NCBI GenBank assembly: GCA_029856365.1
Contig: JAHQWW010000090.1
Coordinates: 1-15,184 of the forward strand
Direction of reading: 5' to 3'
Length of the DNA: 15,184 nucleotides
Source: Candidatus Hodarchaeota archaeon
GTDB taxonomy: Archaea > Asgardarchaeota > Heimdallarchaeia > Hodarchaeales > Hodarchaeaceae
This document shows positions 7,548 through 15,184 of the stretch, piece after piece (position 1 is the first letter of the stretch; each line of letters starts with the position of its first letter). The notes beneath the pieces are model-generated. The model was not told where the DNA came from. It made no database searches and worked only from the letters and a program-made list of their open reading frames with translations. The position numbers and the translations under genes were made by a program.

Positions 7548-7760
7548 GTGACGTTGGATATCAGAGAGGATGTTGATCTTCATAATAAGGCCGAACTAGA
7601 ATTAGTATGTCCATGGTGTCATACTCAAACTATCACGGCTACTGTTAATCATAGAACACTTCGTTTGAGATGCACTCAATGTTATATGGATGCCTTTGTG
7701 ACTCGTATCCCCCGAAATAAAAAATTGGATGATTATATTTCTCGCCGCTTGATTTCTTGA
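7548..7760 (+). CDS. Small CxxC-17-CxxC zinc-ribbon protein (Elf1-like spacing)
   Basis: CPWC...CTQC followed by LDDY. GAGGATGA RBS-like sequence upstream of the GTG start. Confidence 0.7.
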   Translation: MTLDIREDVDLHNKAELELVCPWCHTQTITATVNHRTLRLRCTQCYMDAFVTRIPRNKKLDDYISRRLIS

Positions 7761-7887
7761 TGATATTCTTTTAATAATAATCATTTTTTAGGTAATAACA
7801 AATAATGCAAGATCTAAAGCCCTGTAAATGTCAACAATAAAGATTTTAATTCTGACACCTATTTTGAAGTTCAAGAGGAATTAAGTT

Positions 7888-9147
7888 ATGACTGGGCAAA
7901 CATTAATACAGAAAATTCTTGCACAAGCTGCAGGAAAAGAGGAAGGCGTAACCGAGAATGAGATAGTTTTTGTTTCTCCCCATATGATTCTAAGTCATGA
8001 CAATTCTGCTGCAATTTCAAAGACCTTTTATGAGATAACTGGACCTAATGGGAAAGTGTGGGATCCAAACAAGATTTTCATTGATCTAGATCACGCTGTT
8101 CCTCCACCTGACTATAAAAAAGCAGAGAATCATAAAATAATTAGGGAATTTGTAAAAAAGCAAGGAATAAAATATTTTTACGATTGTGGAACGGGAATTT
8201 GCCATCAAGTTCTACCTGAGGAAGGATTAGTACCACCAAATGTTGTGATTCTTGGCTCTGATTCACATACTACGACACACGGCGCATTTGGTGCTGCTGG
8301 TATACCAATAGGTCGGACTGAAACAGCTTCTGTATGGGCTATTGGACAAACGTGGCTTAAGGTTCCTGAAACATTAAAAATAACCTTTGATAACTTCCTA
8401 CCTAAGGACGTTTATGCTAAAGATGTTATATTAGATGTAATTGGTAGAATTTCCGCAGACGGAGCCACATACAAATCTATCGAGTTTTATGGCAAAACAA
8501 TTGATAAGATGTCAATAAGTGACAGGATGACTATCAGTAACATGTCGGCAGAGGCTGGAGCTAAGGCTGGTATCTTTCCAGTTGATAATGTAACCGATAC
8601 TTGGAATAAACAATTTAATTTTCAATATGAAAAATTAGAAGCGGATGAAGATGCGGATTACGAACAAGAACTCAGTTTTGATCTCACAAACTTGACACCA
8701 CGGGTGGCCCAACCTCATAAAGTTGATAATGTTGTTCCAGTAGAAGATCTACCAAGAACAAAAGTGGATGTTGCCCTTCTTGGTACTTGTACAAACGGTA
8801 GAATTGAGGACCTCCGAATTGCATCAGATATACTAAGAGAGAAACAGATTAATCCTGATGTTAGGCTGCTCATTTATCCAGCTTCGAGGAGTATACTTCA
8901 TCAGGCAATTAAAGAAGGATTATTAGAAATTTTGGTTGAAGCTGGGGGTCAAATTGGGGTTCCAGCTTGTGGTCCGTGTTTGGGAGAGTATGGAGGAACA
9001 TTAGCTCCAGGTGAAATAGCAATTTCTACAGCGAATCGTAATTTTAAAGGAAGAATGGGAACGAGAGATGCTGAAATTTACTTAGCAAATCCTGCAGTGG
9101 TCGCCAGATCGGCGATCGCGGGGTATATCACCAATGAAGAGGGTTGA
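7888..9147 (+). CDS. Aconitase-family large [4Fe-4S] subunit, homoaconitase-like, pair B
   Basis: Motifs [46 protein letters not shown] and [19 protein letters not shown] upstream. Confidence 0.94.
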   Translation: MTGQTLIQKILAQAAGKEEGVTENEIVFVSPHMILSHDNSAAISKTFYEITGPNGKVWDPNKIFIDLDHAVPPPDYKKAENHKIIREFVKKQGIKYFYDCGTGICHQVLPEEGLVPPNVVILGSDSHTTTHGAFGAAGIPIGRTETASVWAIGQTWLKVPETLKITFDNFLPKDVYAKDVILDVIGRISADGATYKSIEFYGKTIDKMSISDRMTISNMSAEAGAKAGIFPVDNVTDTWNKQFNFQYEKLEADEDADYEQELSFDLTNLTPRVAQPHKVDNVVPVEDLPRTKVDVALLGTCTNGRIEDLRIASDILREKQINPDVRLLIYPASRSILHQAIKEGLLEILVEAGGQIGVPACGPCLGEYGGTLAPGEIAISTANRNFKGRMGTRDAEIYLANPAVVARSAIAGYITNEEG

Positions 9148-9149
9148 AA

Positions 9150-9656
9150 ATGAAATTCAAAGGTAAGATATGGATTTTCCCTGATGATGATATCAATACT
9201 GATGTAATATTCCCGGGTAAATATACTTATGATCCCCTAACTCCAGAACAAATGGCAAAGCATGCTATGGAAGATTATAATCCGAATTTTGCAAAAGAAG
9301 TTGCTAAAGGTGACATCATCGTAACAGGAAAGAATTTTGGTTGTGGGAGTAGTCGTGAACAAGCTGTAATTTCTTTGGCAAAAGTTGGTGTAAGTTGTAT
9401 CATTGCTAAGTCTTTCGCACGGATTTTTTACAGAAACGCTATAAATCAAGCCCTCCCGCTCGTTATCTCTTTTGATTGTTCTGATTACGTCATCCGAAAT
9501 AAATACGCACTAAAAGACAAAGAAATTTCAGTAGATTTTGATATAGGTATCATTAAACTTCATGATGAAGAATTTCATTTTCCTAAACTTGATAGTCAAG
9601 CATTAGAAATCTTCAAAGCTGGAGGATTGGTTGATTATACAAAAAATCGTCTCTGA
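9150..9656 (+). CDS. Aconitase-family small subunit, homoaconitase-like, pair B
   Basis: Motifs [28 protein letters not shown] and [13 protein letters not shown]. Abuts the large subunit (start TTG 9144 or ATG 9150). Confidence 0.93.
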   Translation: MKFKGKIWIFPDDDINTDVIFPGKYTYDPLTPEQMAKHAMEDYNPNFAKEVAKGDIIVTGKNFGCGSSREQAVISLAKVGVSCIIAKSFARIFYRNAINQALPLVISFDCSDYVIRNKYALKDKEISVDFDIGIIKLHDEEFHFPKLDSQALEIFKAGGLVDYTKNRL

Positions 9657-9686
9657 GGATTAAAAAAAGGAAAGAAGAAGAATGCA

Positions 9687-10964
9687 TCACTTTTTCTCTT
9701 TTTTAGGAGTAATGTCGATTAACTCATACTCTCGTGAGCCAATACCTTGCGCATGAGCAGCTGCAAGTTGGGTCTCAGCGATAATGGGTCTAGATTCAGC
9801 ATCTACCCAAAGACTAAATAGACCAAGTTTCATGCTATCTGGTTCCATTGCTTCAGGAATAGGGTCAATTTTTGTGTCAGAATATTCCAAACCAGTTTCT
9901 GCAGGGGATTCAGGTATCCCAGGTGCTTTTGTCACAAGATCAACACAGGCTTGATCAATAGCAATTGGATCATTTGAGTATAGAATCCCTTGATCTGGGA
10001 CGAGAAGATTTCCACCTGCACTCATACAGTCACAATGACTTGTAATATCTAATGCAATATTGATATATCGCAGTCTTTCTTCCCCATCACTATTTATTCC
10101 TTTCACTACTCCCGCTGCGTTGTCCATCATTCGTTCTACTTGTTCAACACTGGGAATTCGACGCTTCACAGCGAAAATCCGTTTCTTTTCTAGCTCCTTA
10201 GCAGGAATTCCAAAATGGCATACAGCAAAACACATTGTACAGGCAATACATTTCTCTGGGTAATGTACAATTTTCTGATTCTCATCTAGCGAGAGAGCTT
10301 GTGTTGGACAGATTCTAATACATTTCCCGCAGGCAGTACAATTCTCTGGTCTTTTGACATAAATATTCTCTCCACCACCCCAGTGAGCTCCACCTTTTCC
10401 CTCATTACCAACACAACCAATTCCCAATTGCTTGAGAGCACCTCCAAAACCTGCACCATCATGGCCCTTAAATCGTGATACAATTAGGGTTTTATCTGCT
10501 ATTCTCAAACCCATTGCCAACGCAACTTCTTTAATGTACTTCCCTTTTTCATTATGTACTTTGAATACCTCGGTTCCTACGATACCATCATCCATGACAA
10601 CTGGAGCATTCATAGACCCAATGTTAAAGCCATTCCTATTCGCTAAAAGTACATATCCAGGGCCATTCGACATAGTCTCTTCTTTGTGCCGTTCATCCCA
10701 AAATAAGCCAACTCCCTCGCAAACCCAGGGAATGCCTCCCGCTTTACGCACTAAATCGACGACTTTCCTAATATACATGGGCCGAAGATGTCTGGTTTGA
10801 TTACGACTGCCAAAATGAGTCTTTATCGCGACTATTTCTCCTTTTTTTATCCAGTCCTTTATTCCAACTTCTTTATGATTCCATAATTGCTCTAAACGAT
10901 CTATAAGCGAATCTCCAATCCCCAATCCTTTGGTATTGACCATAAACACTTTTGTTTTACTCAT
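9687..10964 (-). CDS. DUF362-domain Fe-S protein with an inserted 2x[4Fe-4S] ferredoxin domain
   Basis: Motifs VAIKTHFG, FKGHDGAGFGGALKQLGIGC, CTACGKCIRICP, CIACTMCFAVC, SHCDC and DPIAIDQA. Start is ATG 10964 or GTG 10973. Confidence 0.88.
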   Translation of the reverse strand: MSKTKVFMVNTKGLGIGDSLIDRLEQLWNHKEVGIKDWIKKGEIVAIKTHFGSRNQTRHLRPMYIRKVVDLVRKAGGIPWVCEGVGLFWDERHKEETMSNGPGYVLLANRNGFNIGSMNAPVVMDDGIVGTEVFKVHNEKGKYIKEVALAMGLRIADKTLIVSRFKGHDGAGFGGALKQLGIGCVGNEGKGGAHWGGGENIYVKRPENCTACGKCIRICPTQALSLDENQKIVHYPEKCIACTMCFAVCHFGIPAKELEKKRIFAVKRRIPSVEQVERMMDNAAGVVKGINSDGEERLRYINIALDITSHCDCMSAGGNLLVPDQGILYSNDPIAIDQACVDLVTKAPGIPESPAETGLEYSDTKIDPIPEAMEPDSMKLGLFSLWVDAESRPIIAETQLAAAHAQGIGSREYELIDITPKKEKK

Positions 10965-11166
10965 AATTCTCACAACGAAATATAGTTTGAGTTCTAAATA
11001 CGAAAACCTGTGAATTGCCGTTATTTAATTAGAGTTAAATAATGATGGTATGTAGGTAATCCTCTTGATAAGGAAAACATCCAAAATAACAATAATTAAT
11101 TCCCTTAGTAACATTTGAAAGGGAATGAACTAAGTTTTCTGATAACAGAAATTCAAGTGAATAACC

Positions 11167-11424
11167 ATGTCAAACCTAAAAATTGAAGTAATCAAAATTC
11201 TTGAAGCAGGAAAATGTAATTTTGGTCATAAAAAGGGCGACACATTTGAATACCCAGAGGAAAAGGGTAAAATTTGTTCTGCTGCCTGGCACACGATGTA
11301 TCCTTATATCTGTGGACTTCAATATGGAGCAAGCTACCCATGGGAAAAAGATGCTAATAGCATTATTGTATGTTGTCCTGATTACAAGAATCCCGTTGTT
11401 TTTAAGATCATACGGAACGAATGA
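11167..11424 (+). CDS. Small Cys-containing protein, TIGR04076-like
   Basis: Pattern KIEVIKI..GKCNFGHKKGDTF..ICSAAWHTMYP..VCCPDYKNPVVFKI matches this family as recalled. Confidence 0.8.
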   Translation: MSNLKIEVIKILEAGKCNFGHKKGDTFEYPEEKGKICSAAWHTMYPYICGLQYGASYPWEKDANSIIVCCPDYKNPVVFKIIRNE

Positions 11425-11987
11425 AGACCGATAAGGAGTATTTCCGTATTCATATAGATTTATATATAGACTCACTCGTTTATGTACAAAATTCGCTTTT
11501 GGGAAAGTTTATTCTAGTGCCTCTTGACAAAGAAAAGTTAGATGCATTATTAGAGGAGATAAAACGTTTAGAAGAAAAACCAGTCAGAAAACGACGAGTT
11601 ATGAAACATTATTCGATCCCAATGACTGACATCTCCATTTCTCCCACAAAGAAAGAATTTCTCCTAGATACAGAAAAAAAAGTCTATTTCTCACTAAATC
11701 ATTACTATAAGTTAGTGATGCTCGCAATTGAAGACACCGCAACAGCTTTTGAGATTTGGATAAAGGGTGTTTTACCCTTACTACTAAGGCGAAATGGTCT
11801 TGATAGAGAAGAGTGGGAAAGAATTAGTGATCTTGGGGATAACGATCCCCAACTCGAACCAGAATTAACCGAGGATTGGAAAATTTTTTTCCAAGAGACA
11901 ATTCAACAGGGTTTGATAGATAATGAAATCTTGGCTTTAATTAATGAAGGAAAACTAAGAGTTGAAAGAATGCGAAGAGAACAATAA
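11421..11987 (+). CDS. Hypothetical protein
   Basis: 188-aa ORF with an ATGA start/stop overlap with the upstream gene and protein-like composition. No motif recognised. Confidence 0.75.
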   Translation: MKTDKEYFRIHIDLYIDSLVYVQNSLLGKFILVPLDKEKLDALLEEIKRLEEKPVRKRRVMKHYSIPMTDISISPTKKEFLLDTEKKVYFSLNHYYKLVMLAIEDTATAFEIWIKGVLPLLLRRNGLDREEWERISDLGDNDPQLEPELTEDWKIFFQETIQQGLIDNEILALINEGKLRVERMRREQ

Positions 11988-12072
11988 CAGGCGTATTCCT
12001 CTTCAGCTAGTAAACAAATTTTCGAAAAAAACCAAAAAAAGTTGAAATACAACCCAAAGTTGCAGGTTCACT

Positions 12073-12999
12073 ATGTCTTTTGAAACACAGGAAATAAGCT
12101 GTGGTAAATGTACAGTAGATGTTCACCACCACTTTTTTGCCAAAGAGAGTCTTCCTGCTTTTAAGCGAATGATTCCCAATGCTGAAAAAGCTGTAAAGAA
12201 CAATCCTGAAATGCATGCTTTCATTGATGCGATGCCTACAATTGAAGAAAGAGCGAAGTTAACTGTTTCAGAAATGAATAAATCGAACGTGGATGAAGTT
12301 TTACTGATGTCATTTACTGGCGATATAGAAACAGTCTATACAGCTCATAAGATGTATCCAACAAAATTCACTGGTTTGATTCCCTTCATAGATCCACGAA
12401 TTGATTCTCCAGAAGTATTGGAAGAATACAAGGAGAAGGGCGCTGTTGCAATTAAATTTTATCCTGGTTCATGGGGAGCTGCTTTTGATTTTAATGATGA
12501 ACGTGTTTTTCCATACCTAAAGAAGTGCCTTGAATTGGAATTGACACCTATGATTCATTTTGGGGTCATGAAAGGAGGATTTGGTAATTTGGATCAATGG
12601 CCAGCTAATCCACTGGAATTAAGGCCCTGGCTTCAACACCCTGATTTACAAGAGCAAAAGTATATTATTGCACATTTTGGAGCAGGATACTTACGTGAAA
12701 TCTTCTTAATGGCTTATTCCCATTTAGAACAGTTGCTTGTAGACACGAGTGGATCAAATGACTGGATTAATTGGTCACCATTTAATAACCTCACGCAGGT
12801 ATTTGAAAAAACTATAATTGCGTTAACACCACAACATATTCTTTTTGGAACTGACTCTGGTCGTCTTACAATGCGGCATGATGTTACGTTACGACAAAAA
12901 GGTATTTTGGAAGATCTAGTAACTAGAAAAATAATAACAGATGAAGATCGCTGGGATATTTTAGGCAACAACACAAAGAGATTATTGTTTTCCGACTAA
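12073..12999 (+). CDS. Amidohydrolase-superfamily protein (Amidohydro_2-type TIM barrel)
   Basis: Motifs VDVHHH, AIKFYP, PMIHFG, IIAHFG, VDTSG and ILFGTDS, with C-terminal ILGNN. Confidence 0.88.
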   Translation: MSFETQEISCGKCTVDVHHHFFAKESLPAFKRMIPNAEKAVKNNPEMHAFIDAMPTIEERAKLTVSEMNKSNVDEVLLMSFTGDIETVYTAHKMYPTKFTGLIPFIDPRIDSPEVLEEYKEKGAVAIKFYPGSWGAAFDFNDERVFPYLKKCLELELTPMIHFGVMKGGFGNLDQWPANPLELRPWLQHPDLQEQKYIIAHFGAGYLREIFLMAYSHLEQLLVDTSGSNDWINWSPFNNLTQVFEKTIIALTPQHILFGTDSGRLTMRHDVTLRQKGILEDLVTRKIITDEDRWDILGNNTKRLLFSD

Positions 13000-13183
13000 A
13001 AGAAAAATAACAGGTCGAAAAACTACGAAGGGAGCTTAAGTATCAAATTTTTCGGTTAAAAAATATGAAATCTCTGGCATTTAACAATAATCAAGTTATT
13101 ATTGCACCCATATGAATGTTTTTATTCATTCTTCAGCTATTAAATTCTTTGTCTAAGCCTCTCATTTGTTATGAGAGATCTGC

Positions 13184-14815
13184 TTGAGATTGCAGGTTTT
13201 GATAGTCTTGTCTTTCTTGAAAAAAACTGATTGGTTGCATATTAATAATAAAACTATAACCAAGGAGAAGTTGAGAAATAGTATAGTTTTATTCAGCCTT
13301 GTAAATCTCATTTGGTTCATATTCCGTACAGGTTCAAAACCTACCAGAATAGTGTATCCGTGTCAGCGAGCAGCTGTGAATAATATTTCAGTTTCGTTAA
13401 GTTCTTTGGTTCCACTCTCAATAACCACATCTTTCTTAACAACACTAAAGACCTTCTTGATCAAAAATAGGTACTTAATTCTACCAATTCTACTGGTTGG
13501 AATAATCAGTGGTGAGGTATTCTTAAGTACGGTTACTCCAAATCCCTATCAAGAAATTCGATTATCAATTGAATCCAAAAATGCTTCTACTTTTCCAGCT
13601 TCAGATATCTATGTGCTGAACGGACAAACAATTGCGCATATAAGTAATTTAATCAATTTAATGAGTTTAAACGATTTATTCTTTTATAAATCAAGTGTTG
13701 TGGGAGAAATTCAGGGACCTAAAGGTTTAATTGCTTGTGATGATGTTGTGTTGCTTAAAATCAATTCACAATGGGACGAGCGTGGGGGAACTAACACTGA
13801 TCTCCTAAATGAACTTATACTGGCCATTGTCGATCACCCAGATGGTTTCATAGGAGAAATTATTGTTGCTGATAACGGGCAAGGTTTTGGAAGTATGGAT
13901 TATACAAAAAACAACGCTGAGAATAATTCACAATCAACTCAAGTCGTTGTTGATATGTTCTTGTCTATGTACAATATTTCCACTTATAGTTGGGATGATA
14001 TCAGAAGTAAAAGCGTTGAAGAGTATTCTGAAGGAGATATGACGGACGGATATATAGTCTATGATACTGCGGATCCTGAAACAGGGATTTACGTCTCTTA
14101 TCCTAAGTTTAAAACGGAATTTGGAACTGCCATTAGTTTTAAACACGGTATATGGAACGGAACTGGATACGAAAAACGACTGAAAGTAATTAATTTACCT
14201 GTTTTAAAATCACACTCTAACTACGGAGTTACTGCATCCGTAAAGAATTACATGGGCGTCCAAACAGAAGTATTGAATGGAGGGCTAGCTAATGGGCATA
14301 GAACCATTGCAACTGGAGGGATGGGGACACTAATGTTGGAATGTGGACTACCAACTCTTAATATTATTGACGCGATCTGGGTAAACGCCAACCCCTCACC
14401 TGATTTATATTGTGGGCCATCAACGAGCTATTGGATGGCTACAAGAGTTAATATCCTTATAGCTGGACTAGATCCTGTTGCCCTCGATTATTGGGCTGCA
14501 AAATATGTCCTCGTGCCAACTGCATCCTCTATTGGTTATGATGACACTCAGAGTTTACAGCCTGATAAAACTGTGAGAGGTCGCTTAGAAGAAGCATTTG
14601 GTGTTTGGCTAGAACTGACAAAAGATGAAATGCTAAGAAGTGGGTGTAATGTTACAAGTGATGAAAACAGAATGAATGTCGTAACGAATTCTACCTCAAG
14701 TAGCTCTAGCTCATCAAGCTCACCTATCTCTGGTTTTGAGGTGATAATATCAGTATTGAGCCTTGCTATAATCCCTCATTTATTTTCTCGAAGACGGAGA
14801 AAACTATCTACTTAA
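13184..14815 (+). CDS. Membrane/cell-surface-anchored DUF362-domain protein with Ser-rich linker and GFE-type C-terminal anchor
   Basis: Motifs KPTRIVYPCQRAA, VLLKINSQW, INLPVLKSH..GVTASVKNYMG, IIDAIW and DPVALD. N-terminal hydrophobic helices. C-terminus is STSSSSSSSSSPISGFE, a hydrophobic helix, then RRRRK. The true start may be a later TTG. Confidence 0.8.
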   Translation: MRLQVLIVLSFLKKTDWLHINNKTITKEKLRNSIVLFSLVNLIWFIFRTGSKPTRIVYPCQRAAVNNISVSLSSLVPLSITTSFLTTLKTFLIKNRYLILPILLVGIISGEVFLSTVTPNPYQEIRLSIESKNASTFPASDIYVLNGQTIAHISNLINLMSLNDLFFYKSSVVGEIQGPKGLIACDDVVLLKINSQWDERGGTNTDLLNELILAIVDHPDGFIGEIIVADNGQGFGSMDYTKNNAENNSQSTQVVVDMFLSMYNISTYSWDDIRSKSVEEYSEGDMTDGYIVYDTADPETGIYVSYPKFKTEFGTAISFKHGIWNGTGYEKRLKVINLPVLKSHSNYGVTASVKNYMGVQTEVLNGGLANGHRTIATGGMGTLMLECGLPTLNIIDAIWVNANPSPDLYCGPSTSYWMATRVNILIAGLDPVALDYWAAKYVLVPTASSIGYDDTQSLQPDKTVRGRLEEAFGVWLELTKDEMLRSGCNVTSDENRMNVVTNSTSSSSSSSSSPISGFEVIISVLSLAIIPHLFSRRRRKLST

Positions 14816-14899
14816 GAGAATGTATAGAAGTAAAATTAACAGAAAGAAAAATAAACTGGAATATCCGTAACTGATTCTATAAATGAATATGTCCTTAAA

Positions 14900-15184
14900 T
14901 TATTGATAAGGAGTAATCACATTGATTACATCTTCAAAATCAATTCCCAGCTCCTTAATTTTCGCAATTGTTGGACACCCTTGTTTACTCCATCCTCGGC
15001 GTTCGTAGGCAGCATCTTGAAGTCTAGCGTAATTTTCTTCGCGATACTTTCGTAAGATTCTCAATTTTTCTTCCGTGGTTTTTCCAGAGGGATCTTCTCC
15101 AATCTCTTCCTTGATTTGTTTATCATATCGCTCATATCGACTCTCATATTCTTCTTTTGTTACAGGCCCCATTGCTCTATAAGG
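14900..15184 (-). CDS. Aldehyde:ferredoxin oxidoreductase family protein, C-terminal end (partial)
   Basis: The frame is open to the window edge (PYRAMGPVT...). The C-terminal motif AYERRGWSKQGCPTIAKIKELGI is typical of tungsten AOR-family enzymes. Confidence 0.8.
   Translation of the reverse strand, partial: PYRAMGPVTKEEYESRYERYDKQIKEEIGEDPSGKTTEEKLRILRKYREENYARLQDAAYERRGWSKQGCPTIAKIKELGIDFEDVINVITPYQ

Noticed and set aside
7548-7760. Zn ribbon as the LysW amino-group carrier, tempting next to a homoaconitase-like gene
   Set aside because: It lacks the essential acidic C-terminal EDWGE motif; the C-terminus is basic.
7758-7763. Tandem TGA TGA (and other TGA stops) as selenocysteine readthrough
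   Set aside because: The stops are not at Cys-equivalent positions, downstream sequence is non-coding-like, and no SECIS was recognised.
7602-7784. 60-aa minus-strand ORF
   Set aside because: Antisense to the better-supported Zn-ribbon gene.
5531-9656. Recent inverted duplication, or confident leuC/leuD symbols for either pair
   Set aside because: The pairs differ strongly in sequence and key motifs, so they are old paralogues. Substrate cannot be assigned from sequence, so symbols are withheld.
9237-14146. Short overlapping ORFs 9237-9449, 10060-10263, 10286-10483, 10432-10800, 11176-11475, 11201-11434, 12007-12216, 12714-12974 and 13934-14146
   Set aside because: All overlap motif-supported genes in another frame or strand and show no independent evidence.
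14690-14722. AGCTC-like short repeats as a DNA repeat element
   Set aside because: Explained by mixed Ser codons of the poly-Ser linker.
1-15184. CRISPR arrays, tRNA/rRNA, IS elements, integrases, defence genes
   Set aside because: No regularly spaced repeats, GC-rich structured RNA, transposase or integrase motifs were seen by eye.

Overview
AT-rich, densely coding archaeal chromosomal window. It is most likely Asgard/Heimdallarchaeia-like; this is an inference from a very eukaryote-like Sec61alpha N-terminus, a GGGPS-family gene, a GFE-type C-terminal sorting signal, BRE/TATA promoters and GAGGT(G) RBSs. Left to right: a partial secY/Sec61alpha missing from the ORF track and lying outside the ribosomal-protein operon; a divergent membrane-anchored winged-HTH regulator; MazG-like, DHH and PHP nucleotide/phosphoesterases; a divergent GGGPS/PcrB-family prenyltransferase whose 5' end looks frameshifted; an unannotated 59-aa very basic ORF; two divergently transcribed two-subunit aconitase-family (LeuCD/HacAB-type) enzymes flanking a small Elf1-like Zn-ribbon gene; a ferredoxin-containing DUF362 protein; a TIGR04076-like/orphan/amidohydrolase run; a probable cell-surface DUF362 protein; and the 3' end of an aldehyde:ferredoxin oxidoreductase. 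The strongest candidate for a new system is the twin aconitase-family locus. One pair carries motifs recalled from fungal homoaconitase Lys4 but in split form. The other has Cys in place of the catalytic His, suggesting divided labour or new chemistry. No mobile elements, CRISPR arrays or RNA genes were recognised. All homology calls come from motif recognition by eye, not from database searches.
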